A stretch of 64,000 bases of DNA, from contig CP158635.1 of the NCBI GenBank assembly GCA_050273025.1, positions 14,942,001-15,006,000 of the forward strand, written 5' to 3'. Positions within the stretch are counted from its first letter, which is position 1. Every line of letters begins with the position of its first letter. The translations under genes and the position numbers were made by a program. Under the pieces are notes generated by a model that had not been told where the DNA came from, searched no databases, and saw nothing but the letters and a program-made list of their open reading frames with translations. Below, piece after piece: positions 13,543 through 28,102 of this stretch. Source of the stretch: Cenococcum geophilum. Lineage: Eukaryota.

Positions 13543-14147
13543 ATACCTAAAGCCTCTTCTTTTTTATACGCGTAACGCTATGCCCGCACTATTACTATAA
13601 TATTATTACTTAGTAAAATAATACCGTCTCCGTGTTCTTATTATATAAAAGAGGGATTAGTTTATATTACGCTAGTAAGCCCTTTATCTTAGTAACCCTC
13701 TTCTTATTTAAAGTGTACTAAGGCAAACGTTCGGTCCTCTTATAATATTCGTTCTACTTCTAACGCTAAGTATACGCGTCCTATTACTCTTAGTAGTCTT
13801 TAAGTTCCCTAAGTAATTTATTATAGGGTTTTATATTTAGTCTACGGCTATAAAGCTTAATAATAACCTAGCGCAGGCTCTTGCTAAGCTTAAGCGCTCT
13901 TATAACGCGAAGTAAAAGGCCCTAGATACTTATATTGCGGTATCTACTTAATTACTTCGTCTTAAAAAGGTTTATAAAAAGGTGCGTTTTAAGAAGTAAA
14001 AACTTATAGAATAAGGTTTATAGGAACTTAGTAATAAAAAAATAGATTTTCTTTTAACTAAAAAGGAAATAGATCTAAGTAGTTCGGCAACTGCTCTTTT
14101 TAGGTCCCCCTTAGGTAACTCATTTTTTAGTAATCCTTTTTTATTAA
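13543..14147 (+). pseudogene. Antisense accessory gene of copy B: Zn(II)2Cys6-like cluster, predicted intron 13772-13826, coiled-coil exon
   Basis: C-x2-C-x6-C-x13-C-x2-C-x8-C after reverting TAT->TGT; internal stops are all TAA/TAG as expected from RIP of CAR/CGR codons. Confidence 0.65.
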
Positions 14148-14310
14148 TACTACCTAACCTAATCTCTTCCAATACTCCTATACCTTTCTTATAGCGTTTT
14201 TTAGGTTCCCTAGTAGTTTCTAGGTAGTCTTATTATAGCCTATTTACTTAACCTTATACTATATTTTATTATTAATATCCTTATAACTAACGATCTTTAA
14301 AACTTACTAT

Positions 14311-17300
14311 TGTTACGGACGCTTTAAGTACAATGTTACGACTACTTGGAGAGGAGTTAGAAGAAGCTAGTTGGTTAATATAAGCACGGTTTAAGATAGA
14401 GCCAATAGAGCTATATAACGAGGAATAGTAACTAAGGTTATATAACGTAATCTATATTATCTATATTATCTATAGGATCCGTAATAGAGTAAATAGAGCA
14501 CATATACCTCACGTATAAAGGGGATTTCTTAGGAGTACGGTTGTATATTTAAAGGACCACAGTCCCTACCTAGATAGTTCTCTCCTTTGTAGTAAATCTT
14601 AGAATATAATTAGAGTTAATCTATTAGGTAACCACTCCACCGGTTATTATTACGTTATTAACTTCTTATTTACCTATATACCCAGCCTATTAATAAGTCT
14701 ACCGTAGTTCCTACTACAAGGCTTTATTATATATTTACTACTAAGGTTACGGTATTAATAAAGTCAAATAACATGCTACTAAAAGCAGCTACTATAACGC
14801 TATTAACGGCGGTAACTACTTTAAGATTAGGAAACGACACTAGTATAGTAGACACTAACTTATAGTAATCTGTGACGGTTAGACAATTATAAGAGATAGT
14901 TAACTAGCTAATGGAAAATAATGCGATATTAGAAAATAGGATTAACGGGATAGGAGTAGCGAAGATTAAGTTACTATTAATTAAAAGGTACTTAGGAGAA
15001 AGATTAAAACTTAAAGGATTCCTTATATAAATACACTTTAAGGTTACGCAAGAAGGAGTAAAGCTGCTAATACCTATAGATCGAATAGTATATGCGGGAC
15101 TATTCCTATTAGAAGGGGCACTTAAGTAGTTTAAATCTTACCTTATAGAAATATAAGCGAATAGAATAACGACTACTAATTAAGAAGTATGGTTTATATT
15201 TATAAGCTAGGAAGGGTTTACGGAATAACTTATATAAATATTTAGAGACCTAAAGGCAGTAACTATAGCAGAAAGAAAACTTTAAGATATTATATAATGA
15301 ACCTTAGTAATTAAGTATATAATATAGTTTTAGATATTAGCAATATAAGTTAAATAAAATAATAAGGCGCTTATAGTATAGTATAAGTAAGGACTTAAGG
15401 CTAAAGTCTAGGATATAATTATTCTAATAGAAGATACGGAGACCCTACGGGAATTAATAGATTAAGTAATTAAGATTAATAATCGGATCTACTAAAGGGA
15501 GTAGGCTAAGAGAGGCTAGGATAGAGTTTTATAGTTATATAAGGCGTAGAGTACGTAATAACCAAAGCTAAGTTAGAAACTATAGTATGGCATAGAGCTA
15601 ATAGACCTAAGTAGTACTAAAGAATCTAAAAAATAAAATAAGAAATTATAGAAATTTAGAGGATAAGAATTAAGTAATTAAAGGTTTAAGGAGTAGAGGC
15701 TAAACTAGGGATCTTAATAGTAAAAGACATTTAGGCGGACTCTATAGCAAGAAAAATAGTTTAAAAAAGGAGCTTATATAAATTGCGGAAAATAAGGTTA
15801 TTATATTAAAAACTATAAAAGTAGGCAGAGTTACTATATAGTAAAAGGGATAAGACTAGTAGACGATATATATATATAGAGGGATAATAATATACTATAA
15901 GGAACAAAAGAATATTTAATTAAAAGTTTTGCGTTTTATTATAATAACGTATACTAAATTTATAAAGACACTAAGTATAGTATAAGCTATTAGCTATAAG
16001 AGCCAGAACTTATAGGATATAGGGGAACCAACGAACTAGTTTACAGATCGGATATTAAGGATAATAAGTTTAATATAGGCGAAACATTTTATAATGATAA
16101 GGTAATAAAGGCGGCTTACTAGGAGTATATAGATCTTAGAGATGTTATATAAGAGGTAGAGGATAATTCTACTATAAAATAGGGAACATTAGTAGGGATT
16201 AAGACCCTACTAGACACGATATCTATCGCTTCGCGAGACGTAAGAGAAGTAGGATAGCGAACTACTTCGGCACTTAATAAAGGTAAAAGGCCAAAAGTTT
16301 AAGATTCTTAAGACGAGATAAAAGATAACTAAGATTCTTAAGACGAGATAAGGTAAGCTTAAGGACCTATAACGGATAATAACCAATAGAGTAGAGCAAC
16401 GGCTTAGTTTAGTAATATATAAATAAGCTTAGGACGAAGTTTCCTAAAGGTATAAGATTCTTAAGACAAGATAAGTAAGATTTAAGACTCTTAAGATAAG
16501 ATAAAAATACTAGTAAAGCCTAGTTAGACTAAGGCTAGAGCTAAGCTTAAGATAGAGGCAAGCTTAAGATTAAAAATCTTATAGGACTAAGATTTTAGCA
16601 ACAGAATAAGGACTATTAAAGAAATTGCGAGTAAGGCTTAACAACCAGATTAAAATGTTAATACTAAAATTAAGAAGTAAGAAGACTTTAAGGATCTATC
16701 TATAAGACGCAAACTAAAAGAAACCATAAAAGAGTTTAGATATAGAATTATCGTATAGTAAGAATAGAAACTAGATAAGAGATTTAGTATATTAGGTTGT
16801 ATAAGGGATAGAGTATTTATATAAAGAATTACTAATAGGTTTAGGGCAGGCATACTAAGAGCTAAGTAGCTTACTAAACTGGAAAATAAAGAGGATCTAA
16901 GGATCCCTATTAGATTTAAAGAACGATATATAAAGGGCTATTATAACGCAGTAATAAGAAGATACTTCCTTATGGATAAGCCGTATACACTCTAACAGCT
17001 ATACTAAAAGTAGTATAGGTAACTGTTGGTAACATAAGGTGATATCACGTATCTACAAGTTATAGGTAGTATGATAATTGTTATTCTATATTCCTCTTAC
17101 TTAAGGAAGGGCGAGGAGCTTAGGGCTCCTCGCCACGCTAGTGCCGCGGCGACACGTAACGGCAACTTGCCTCACGTAATGGCAACTTACCTCGCGTAAC
17201 GGCAACTTACCTATATTCCTAACACTAGCAACTCTTTTTTTGCGGTTACTATCTATATATATATACCGCTCGACTAGCATAATAAATATTAATTCTCCTT

Positions 17301-20300
17301 ATTTACTATTGCTATTATAATATAAGTCTCGCTGTCCTAAAATATGCCTCTTAGCACGTAGTGCTTTCTTACTTAGGAGTTATAGGTAGATATCTTATTA
17401 GGAGGGCCGCTAAGGCGCTAGTAGTAAGTAAGCTAATAGCAATTTTCTATCCCGGGGATAGAAAATCCTAATTAGCTGGTTTAAGTTAGGGTTTACAGAA
17501 TATTATACTCCTACTCCCTTTTAACTTAACCTTTAACTTATATACGTAGAGTATTTATATTAATAAACATCTCTAGTACCTTATTTGGGTTCGCCTTTGT
17601 TATTATATCTACTAGGTTATCTTAGCTATTAATTTATTAAATCTTAAATAGTTCTTAACACTTATAGGATTGCTAAAGTGCTATAATATTAATTATAAGG
17701 CGCTTTTCCTTTGTGGTACCAAGTTTGACTAAATACTCGTAGAGGGAATATAAGTTAGTGTATATAATCGTAAGGATAGCAGAAAGTTTAAGTTGATCTA
17801 TAATTATCTTTAGGGTAGTTCTAATTGTAATTACTATATTAACTCTGCTAACTATTCTATATATCTCTAACGCTAGAACGCTTTAAGTAACGCGCTTACT
17901 CTTAGTTAAGCTCTAGTAGATAAGATTACTATAGATTATAAAGTTATTCTCTTTAGTGGATTCGTTTGCAATAATAATTTTATATCCTAGCTAAAAGCTA
18001 AAATCTTTATTATTTATAAACGATCTATTAATAAATATAAAGAGCTTAGCGGTGGGAAGATTAATAGGCACGTAGAGTAGTCCCTAATTAAGATGGTTCA
18101 TTTACTAGGAAAAACGTTTATTTAGGGCAAAAATGTTATCCTTAGTTAGTTCCTAGTGTTAGGCGGCAATAGAAAGATTAAATAAAGCCTTAGGTTAATA
18201 AATAGAAGCAATATACGCTTTATAAGCGCGTTACTCTACATATCTTTGCTTTAAAGAATTAACGTTAATAACGTTAATTTTTTTGCCTTAACCCTTCTGG
18301 CGTAAAGCAATAGAATCCTTATTTAGGGCGAGGATACATTTATTAAAGAGTAATGGTATTATTAAATTAAGCTTTTCCTTTGGCTTTACTATAAGATTTA
18401 CCTTTACTAGCTTATCTTCTTTAAGAGCTAAGAACTAATCGTCTCCTAAGATAATTATATTATTAGTTTATATACCAACAATTCTAAATAAAGTTCCTAT
18501 AATTGTGATAAGGAAGTAGGGATTAAATATAGAAGTAGTTATTAAAAGCTTCTCTTTATAGTGCTTGCTGTAGGTAGCCTACTAGTAAGTTCCTACCTCT
18601 GCGATTCTATATAATAGCTTAAATACAACTATAATCGTATCTTTAGGATACTGGTAGCGAATTTACTCCGGAAGGTATGCTAATATTAAGCGCTAAAGGT
18701 GCGTCTCTAATTGGGTATAGGCTTAAGTAATATCTTATAAATAAACCGCTATTCTATTCTTTATTAAGGAGGGAGCTAGCGTAATAATAACTTGCTAACT
18801 AGCTCGTTAAATTATAAGAGATTGCGTAAGAATTACCTCCTTACTATTATTGTTATAACTTTAGATAATAAGCCTTAATTTCTCCAATAGGGCATTAGTA
18901 GCTTTACCTTTAATCTTATTAACCATTCTTGACTTAAAGATGCGAACTTTATTAAACTTAGTAAGGTTATACTTCTTAAATTTAAAAACTCCTCTTATAA
19001 TAAGATTGTTGATCTCCTGCTTATTAGATGCTTAGAAAGGAGCTTTAGGAGTTATAATATAACCTTTCTTTTAGAGCTGTTTTGCGAGCTTAAAGTTAGC
19101 CTTCTCCTTAGTTATTATAAAGGCTATTAATAACTTAATTCCATTCTTAATAGCGGTAATAAATTACTCTTCAAAATTAACAAGATATTGGTAATTTTAT
19201 AATCTCTTTAGGCGACCTCTACCGCGTTATAGTTGCGACATATCTACTATAATTATATTAGGATTGTAGCTGTCTTCTAGAGTATATTAATCGTAGTTCC
19301 CCTCTAGGGCATCTTTTAGGGCATCCTGTAAAGGCTTAAAACTATTATCTTTATAGTAAGGCTTGATAACGGTTAAATAGAATTAAGTGGGTCTGTAAGG
19401 CATCTAAATAGTATAAGTTTAACTATTAATTATAATAAGTTAATATAGACCTAACTATTCTCCCTTTTTACGCTATACGTGTACCTTAGACTAGAGTGGT
19501 AAATTAAGCGTAGTTAAGGTATTTAGGCTATTTCTTATTCCTAGTACGTTGTTGACCTAGCTTATAGCGTAGAGACGTCGTACCTCCTTCGTTACCTTAT
19601 AAATAGCCTTAGTTTATTATATAATAGAGGGAGATAGCAGAGAATTATTAGTTATTTAAGGGTAGGCGCTAAAGACTAGCAATATGGGTATAAGTTTATC
19701 CAGGCCAGCGGAATCGTTAATGGCTTTAATAGCCATTTATAAGGTAAGTTCTTCGCTAGCGTCCTTTAGTTCTAAAGAGATAATTTTATATACGCGGCGT
19801 AATAGCGCATAATATCGCTCTACTTTTTTAATACTATTATATGCCTTAATAGGGACTTCCTTAACCTTAATTGCCATTGCCTTTGTCTATTATTAAAACT
19901 CTATAGATAAGAAATTCTTTCTTATATTATGGACGATTTAATTAGGGGGTCCTAGGTAGATATTAATCTAGTATAATTATAGGGTATCTTATGCATTCTT
20001 AGCTAATATATCCTTTAAGAAACGTGCGGCTTAGAAGAAGGTTAAGAAGTTAATAACTTAGAGTACTAGCTTGCCGCTAAGATATATAACGTTAACGATA
20101 ATATAGAAGTTAAAGTTATAGTTATCTTTAAGGGTGAACTTATATCGGCTAGGGGACTTCTGGTTTATTTGGTAGTAATAGTAGTATTTTATAAGATACT
20201 TAATTGCCTTAACCTTAACTTTATGGCCTGCTTACTAAAGAACCCTAAGTAATTAATAAACGGATAGGTGGCTAAAACAACGGTGTAGTTGGCGTAACTC

Positions 20301-23300
20301 TAACTTAGTTAAGTGGCTCTAAGTAACGCTCTTTTCTAGTTGTTAAAGGAGCAACTAAGGGTAACCCTACTTACGTATAATAGGCACCCGATTATCTCCC
20401 TATATAAGTATATTCTTAAGGTTATTAAGCTTAACGCCTAATTTATTTATATCCCTAATATAGAATAGAAATGGGGTGTTTATGGGAATAATATAGAAAG
20501 TAATGTATCCTAAGGGGGTTTAGACCCTAATTATGCCGAGAGAGATTATAGTACCTTTGCTAAAACAAATCGTATATTAGCCTGCCGTTAAATAGTTAAT
20601 CTAAATAGAGCTATTAAGCTGCTAAAGGGTTTAAACTTAAGGTTCTCCTATTATAGATACTCCTGCGGCTCTAGTGTCTGGCATAATACTATAAAAGCCG
20701 TTTACTAAGTATCTATCGTTAAAGGAGAACGTAAAACTCTCCTTTAGCTCGCTAAAGATATCTAACTTCGTAATAGAGTGGAGCGTAGATTAATCATTAA
20801 GAACAGCGACGGTTTGTATACTATTTACCTTACTATACTTAGTAAAGTATTAGTTAGGTAAGTAGTTCTTAATTTCTATATCTATAAGGAGCTATTTAGC
20901 CTTATTAACCTTACCCTTAAGATCTTTTACGCCTTTATATTAAACTAGGAAGCTTTAGAAGTAGGCCGTAGTAACCTTATAATTTCTAATATTTCTTATA
21001 CTCTGGCGAAACTTATTATATACCTCCTTTTGTTTATTAAAAGAATGCCTAGTTAACTAGCAATTTGGTTTCTTATAAACGTAGCACTTCTTCTAGTAAT
21101 TACTTCGGAATAAACCTCTATAAGGACCTCCATAATTGCCTTATAGTTAACGTTAATTATACCCTTTACTATATTCTACACACGGCTACCATATATTTAG
21201 TTAGTCTAGTTATAATTATATTAGTTAGGTAGGGTTTTTAGTATAGAACTATTAGGATTCTTATATTTATATTATAGTACCTATAGCGGAGCGTAGCTCG
21301 GTATATACTCCTTTAAATATATCTATAGGTTTATATAGCGCTAAATTACACTTAGGAATGCTACGGCAGGCTAAGATAACCTAGTCCCTTAGGCTGTTCT
21401 TATTTTAGTAAGTTTCGGTAAGGCCACGTTAGATTTTCTAGAGTTTATTAAAGAGTAGTTAAAGGCACTCTAAATAAGTCTTTATTAAATTAGAAGCGAT
21501 AACTCTTTAAAATATAGTCTTCTACTATTTAGACATATAAAGCTGGCAATTCTTATTAGTCTTAAAGTGGGCTCTAGTAAGCTAAAGTATTATATTAAAG
21601 CTATAGTTTCTACCCGCAATATAGTTATAATAAAATATTACTGCCCGTCCCTTTAATATAATAGAGAAAGCGTAATGGTACTGGTGGCTCTAAATTTTAA
21701 CTTTGTTGCAACAGTTATAAAAGACCTATAGTTTTATTCCGAGTATATTATACAGTTCTTCTTTAAACTTCTTCTCTTCGTCTAAATATACCTTTATTAG
21801 ATTCGTGACTTCTTATAGTAGAGGCTTACCGGTTAACTAGGATAGAGGAGTTAAAGGCAGCGAAGGAGGTGGAGGAAGAGCACCTTTAGGTAGGAGGGCA
21901 CCTTTTAGTAGGAGAGTACCTTTAGGTGGGGAATTAGCGTTCTGGGGGTTTTAATATAAATTAAAGTTACCTTTTAAAAAATATAGGTTGGTTTTAGGTT
22001 TCCGTAGTTAACGTATAATCTTAGTTTCCGTCTATACTAGTTCTTCTATACTAATAATAACGGCCTAAATATTACTAGTAATTGGGTTACCGTTCTTAGT
22101 AATATATACCCTATTTCTATAAAAGAAGTCTTAAAAATCCTAAACAATATTAACGTTACTAAGTGCCTAGGTATTAGCAGTCTATCCTATAAAATCCTCC
22201 CTAAAATACTCCTATAGTTGTGAATCGGCGTAGTATCTATTTTAGTAAAATATAATATAGTGTAGAAGAAAGCCGTTAACCCGTTTTATAGTATAAGTTG
22301 TTATATTAAAGGCGAATTTGTCCTAATTTTTATCGATAAGTTTCGCGTACTTAGCTACCCCTAGTAGTAAGGAGTCTTTCCAGTTATTTAGAGTAGCTAT
22401 ATTTTTAGAGGAAGGGATATATTGTCGGTATAGGGATTATTATTTAGTACGCGTTTATAACAAGAATCTGCAATTATAGGGCTTAGGACTAGTTCTAGCC
22501 TTAAATTACAAGGACTTATAAAGCGTATTATTCTGCGTAATAGACACAAGAATCTATAATCTAGGAAAGGCTTAGGACTAGTTCTAGCCTTTTAAATCCT
22601 TAAATTTGTGGAAGAGTTTTATTTAAGGTTTAGGACTAGTTCTAACCTTAAAAGATAGCTTCCTCTAGCACGAGTAGCACTAGTATAGTAGCTCGTCTCT
22701 TCTTAGTGGAATACCTAGCTGTTTTATAATATAACAGTAAAGTTAACTACTAATTAGTATTGGTAATATAAGGTAATATTACGTATCTACAAGTTGTAGG
22801 TAGTATAATAATTGTTATTCTATATTCCTCTTGCTTAAAGAAGGGCGAGGAGCTTAGGGCTCCTCGCCACGCTAATGCCGCGGCAACACGTGACGGCAAC
22901 TTACCTCACGTGACGGCAACTTGCCTCGCGTGATGGCAACTTGCCTATATTTCTAATAGTAATGACATAATAATAAATAGGAAGATTTCTATATATAGTT
23001 GGATAAATAAGTTATCTAGGACCACCCTATTATAGAGAAGGCCATAACTTATATTAAAGGAGCCTTAATTATAACATTAAAGGATTTAAAGGAACGATTA
23101 GAGAACTAGAGGAGTAAAAGGCGCATCTTAGTACCTGCGAATAAAGTTATAACGTTTAGATTAATATGGTAAAGGTTTAAACTTAAAAATAAAAATAAGT
23201 TAAGAGTTAACCTAAAGCACCTAGTATACTATACGCTATTATAGATTATATACGTAGACAATATATATAAAATGCATAAAAATCCAAAGGAAAAGAATTA

Positions 23301-26300
23301 GAAATACCCTATAAGGATATATTAGGCGCTAGATAAGCAATAGTATAGAAATGCCAAGTATATATATGGCTAGTATTTAATAGAGGTTTAAAGGTTAGGA
23401 GACTTAATACTTTAACTAGGAAGATTCCTTACGGAAGAATGCTTAGATAAATGATAGTAATAAAATACCTAAAAAACACGTGTCTATAGTATATTAAAGA
23501 TAAAAAGCGAACTAGATATTGGCTAAAGAGCAAGCCAAGTATATAAAAATTAAGTAGCTAATAGTTAGGAAAAGTAGAGGCCTACGGGATTAAAGGAAGC
23601 TAGTAGTAGAGCCTTAGACCCTTAAAGGAATTTAAGGATAATACCTAAATTTACGAGTTAAATAGTAAGATTAACAGTTTAAAGTACTAATAGATAGTGG
23701 AGTAATACGGAACTATATCTCTTTAGTAGTAGTTAAAAGAATAAAATTGCCTTATAGACAGAAGGAGTAACCTTACCTATTAGTTACGATTTTAGAAGAT
23801 CTAATAGCCTATAGAGGAGGGATTATTAATCTTAAAATAGGACCTATTTAAATAACTATTAAAAGAAGATAAATTAAGATATCTTTTAATATCCTACTAT
23901 TAGGACGGGATAAGGTAGTATTAGAAATACCTTAGTTATAGGAATATAATCTAAAGATTAATTAGATTACAAGTTAGGTCAATATTAAAGATACTTAACG
24001 CCGTAAGATGCGACAGCAAACTAAGTTAGTATAGTACTAAGTTAGAGTAATATATAAAGAGACTAAGTAAGGCTTAAGTTATATACTAAAGAGATACTAT
24101 AAATACGGTAAGAAACTATAGAGCCTAGAAAGTAAAAAGCTGGCAAATTATATAGCATAGGACTATAAGATAGAGTTAGAACTAGAAATAAGTCTAAAGT
24201 TCTTTCTAACCTATAAGCTTACTAAAGAAGAGTCTAGAGCACTTAAAGAGTTTATCTAGGAGAACCTATAAAAGGGATATATTAAACTATTATAGTTATT
24301 AGCAGGTTATCTAGTATTATTTATACTAAAGAAGAATAGGAAACTTAGGCTATGCATTAACTATAAATAATTAAATAGCATTACTTAAAAGGATAGGTAT
24401 CTTTTACCCTTAATTAGCGAAATTTAGGATTAGATAGGTAATGTATAAATCTTTATAAAGATAGATCTAAGATAGGTATACTATTAGATTAGAATTAAGG
24501 AAAGTAACAAATGGAAAGTAGCCTTTAGGTTAAGAAAAGGACTATATAAGCCATTAGTTATACAATTTAGATTAATAAATATACCTATAACATTTTAGAA
24601 ATAAATTAATAGTGTATTAGAAGAACACCTAAATAAGTTTATTATAGCATACCTTAATAATAATATTATTTACTTAATAACTAAGGAAGAGTACGGGGAA
24701 TACATTAAATAGGTCTTAAAGAGACTATAAGAAGAATAGATGCTAGTAACAATTAAAAAATGCGAGTTCTTTATAAGAATAACCGATTTTATTAGATTTA
24801 TTATTAAACTAGGTTATATTAGTATAGACCTAAAGAAGATTAAAGCCATAGTAAATTATTAAGAACTAGAGAATGTAATACAGTTAAGGTTATTCTTAGG
24901 GTTTTGCAACTACTACAGAAGGTTTATAGCATAGTAGTTAAAGAATATTAAACCGTTTACCAGGCTTATAAAAAAAAAAGAGAAACTATAGGCATAGGGA
25001 AATAAGTAAAAGAAGTTGTTTAAAGAACTTAAGGAGTTATTTACCTAAGAGCTAATCCTTAAAATCTACTAACTAGGACTAGACACGGTTATGGAAATAG
25101 ATATATTAGACTATATATTAGGAGTATACTTACTATAGAAGTATAAGAATATATAGTATCTAGTAATATATTATAGTTAAAAGATAATACTACTAGAGTT
25201 AAACTATAACGTCTATAACAAGGAGTTATTAGGTATAGTTATAGTACTTAAAGAATAAAGAGTATTCTTATAAGGCGTAGAGAAACTATTTATAGTTAAA
25301 ACGGATTATAAAAACCTAATAGGGTTCTTAATAACAAAAGAACTTAATTATAGATAGGTTAGATAGGCAGAAATACTTACAAAATACCATTTTAAGATTT
25401 AGTATACTAAAGGAACTAAAAATGCAAGGGTAAACGTACTTAGTAGAAAAGCTAAACTATAGAATAATAAGAAGCTATTAAGAGCAATACTACGCAGAGA
25501 TAAAGATGGATTAATTAGGTATAATTACCCTAAACTAGCAGCAACTTAAGAAAATAATAAATTAGAAAGAGTCTACAAGATACTAAAAAGCTTTTAGGTA
25601 TAAAGAATTCTAAAAGCATAGCTAGAAGATCTATAGATAGATATATATATAAAAATTAAAAAGCGAAGTACATCCTAAAGAGTATAGTAGAGCATTTTAT
25701 AGAAGATTTTTATAGGGGAATAACTTAAGGACACAATAGAGTAATAGGCTTAGTGTTAAGACTTTAAAAAGAATATATTATTAATAGAATCTAGAATATT
25801 ATAAGAAAAGTAATAAAAGAGTATCTAAATTACTAAAGAAATAAACTAATAAGGTATAAGCTATACAGAGGGCTATAACCTATTAAAATACTAGAGAGAC
25901 TATAGGAGGTTATATTATAGGACTTTATTATTAAGTTATTAAAGTTAAGAAATCCTATTACCGGATAAGATTATAATATAATCTTAGTAATAGTAGATAA
26001 GCTTATAAAGTGGGGATACTTTATAGCATGTATAGAAGAAATCTTAGTGGAAGATATCGCTAAAATCTATATTAAAGAAGTATTCGTAAAATACGGAGCA
26101 CTAAGTAAGATTATATTAGATAGAGATTTAAGATTTATAGTAATATTCTAAAAGGTATTCTTAGTATAATAAGGAGTTAGAGCAGTAACTTTTACTATAT
26201 ATTATCCGCAGACAGACGGTTAAATAGAAAGATTAAATTAGACGCTAAAGCAGTATCTAAGATATTATATTAATTATATATAGAATAATTAGGTATCGCT

Positions 26301-28102
26301 ATTACTAGTTATATAGTTTATATACAATACAATACTATAAGAAGGAATAGGTATATTACTATTTAAGGCAAATTATAGATATAAGCTAAGAACATTGTTA
26401 TTACTATAGTAAGTAAAGGAAATAAGTAGCACAGCTAAAGAAAGAATAAAGACACTAATAAATCTTTATATAGACCTTATAAAATTAGTAAAAAAAGTAT
26501 AAAAAAGAATAAAAAGGTACTATAATACTAAGAGATCTAAGGGACCAGATCTTAAGGAGGGAGATAAAGTATAGCTACTATATAAAAATTTTAAGAGTTA
26601 ACAACTAAGTAAGAAGTTAAACTACATTAGACTAGGACCTTTTAAAATTATATATAAGTTAAACCTACCAGTTAAGATAAAGATCTACCCTATATAGTAT
26701 ATTGTAATGCTAGAGCCAGTATATAGAAATATTAAGCCACCAGTTTATAAAAAAGACACGTATAGAGAACAAAAGGAAGACAAATAGTAAGTTTTAAAGA
26801 TCGTTAGTTATAAGGACGTTAACAATAAAATATAGTACAAAGTTAAGTAGATAGGCTACACTAAGACTACCTAGAAGCCACTAGAGAATTTAAAAAATGC
26901 TATAAGAAAGGTATAGGAGTATTAGAAGAAATTAGGTTAGATAGCATTAATAAATAAAAAATCGCTAAAAAATAAGTTACTTCAGGGGAACCTAAGAAGA
27001 GCAGTTGCTAAACTACTTAGATCTATTTCCTTCTTAGTTAGAAAAAAATCCGTTTTTTTATTACTAAGTTCCTATAAACCTTATTTTATAAGTTTTTACT
27101 CTTTAAAATAAACCTTCTTATAAACCTTCTTAAGATAAATTAACTAAGTAAACGTAGCAAGATAAGAATTAAGAGCCCTTTACTAAGCTTTAGCAGCCTT
27201 TTACTTAGCGTTATAAGAATAATAGAGTTCTAATAATATAATAGACAGTTTATTATTTAGCCGCGTAGCAGCAGATTAAATATAAAACTTTAAGATAAAT
27301 TAGTTAAGGAACTAGACAACTATTAAGAGTAATAAGTTACGTATATTTAGTATTAGAGATAAAGCAAACGTTATAGGACAAATAAATATTCGCTTTAGTG
27401 CACTTTAAGTAAGAGGACGGTTGTTATAAAGATGGACTCGCTAATATAATATAGACTAACCCCTTTTTTAAACAGCAAGAATACGGAGATAGTATAATCT
27501 CACTAAGAGATAATATTATAGCAACGGTATAAGACTGGTAAACTATAGACAAAGAAGAAGGAGCCTTAGGTATAATAAGTAATAACGCTAACTAAATTAA
27601 TTAGATAGATATTATACCTCTAGTAAATAACTTAGAGATATTTAGAATCTTTAAGGACAAAGATAAAGAGGAGGGAGATAGTATTATAGACGCTTTAAGT
27701 ACAATATTATAACTACTTAGAAAGGAGTTAGAAGAAGCTAGTTAGTTAATATAAGCATGGTTTAAAATAAAGCTGATAGAGCCATATAATAAGGAATAGT
27801 AACTAAGGTTATATAATATAATCTATATAATCTATAGGATCTATATAATCTATAATAGAGTAAATAAAGTATACGCACCTTACGTATAAAGGGGATTTCT
27901 TAGGAGAATAATTGTATATTTAAAGAACTATAGTCCCTACCTAGATAGTTCTCTCCTTTATAGTAAATCTTAGAATATAATTAGAGTTAATCTATTAGGC
28001 AACTACTCTACTAGTTATTATTACGTTATTAACTTCTTATTTATCTATATACCTAGCCTATTAATAAATCTACCGTAGTTCCTGCTACAAGGCTTTATTA
28101 TA
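14311..28102 (+). mobile_element. Ty3/Gypsy chromovirus, copy C, nested in B and interrupted by a Copia
   Basis: 421-bp LTRs 14311-14731 and 27682-28102; TSD ACTAT at 14306-14310 and 28103-28107; gag/pol collinear with A. Confidence 0.95.
17024..22958 (-). mobile_element. Ty1/Copia retrotransposon D (RIPed), nested in the gag of C
   Basis: 201-bp LTRs 17024-17224 and 22758-22958, each with 3x ~20-bp CACGTGACGGCAACTTGCCT; TSD GTAAC/GTAAT; minus-strand order gag, PR (IMPDTGAAG ~20670), IN (EAHNSIGKVERYHAPL ~19830), RT, RH (IRWINGQDNPADAMTK ~17620). Confidence 0.92.
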
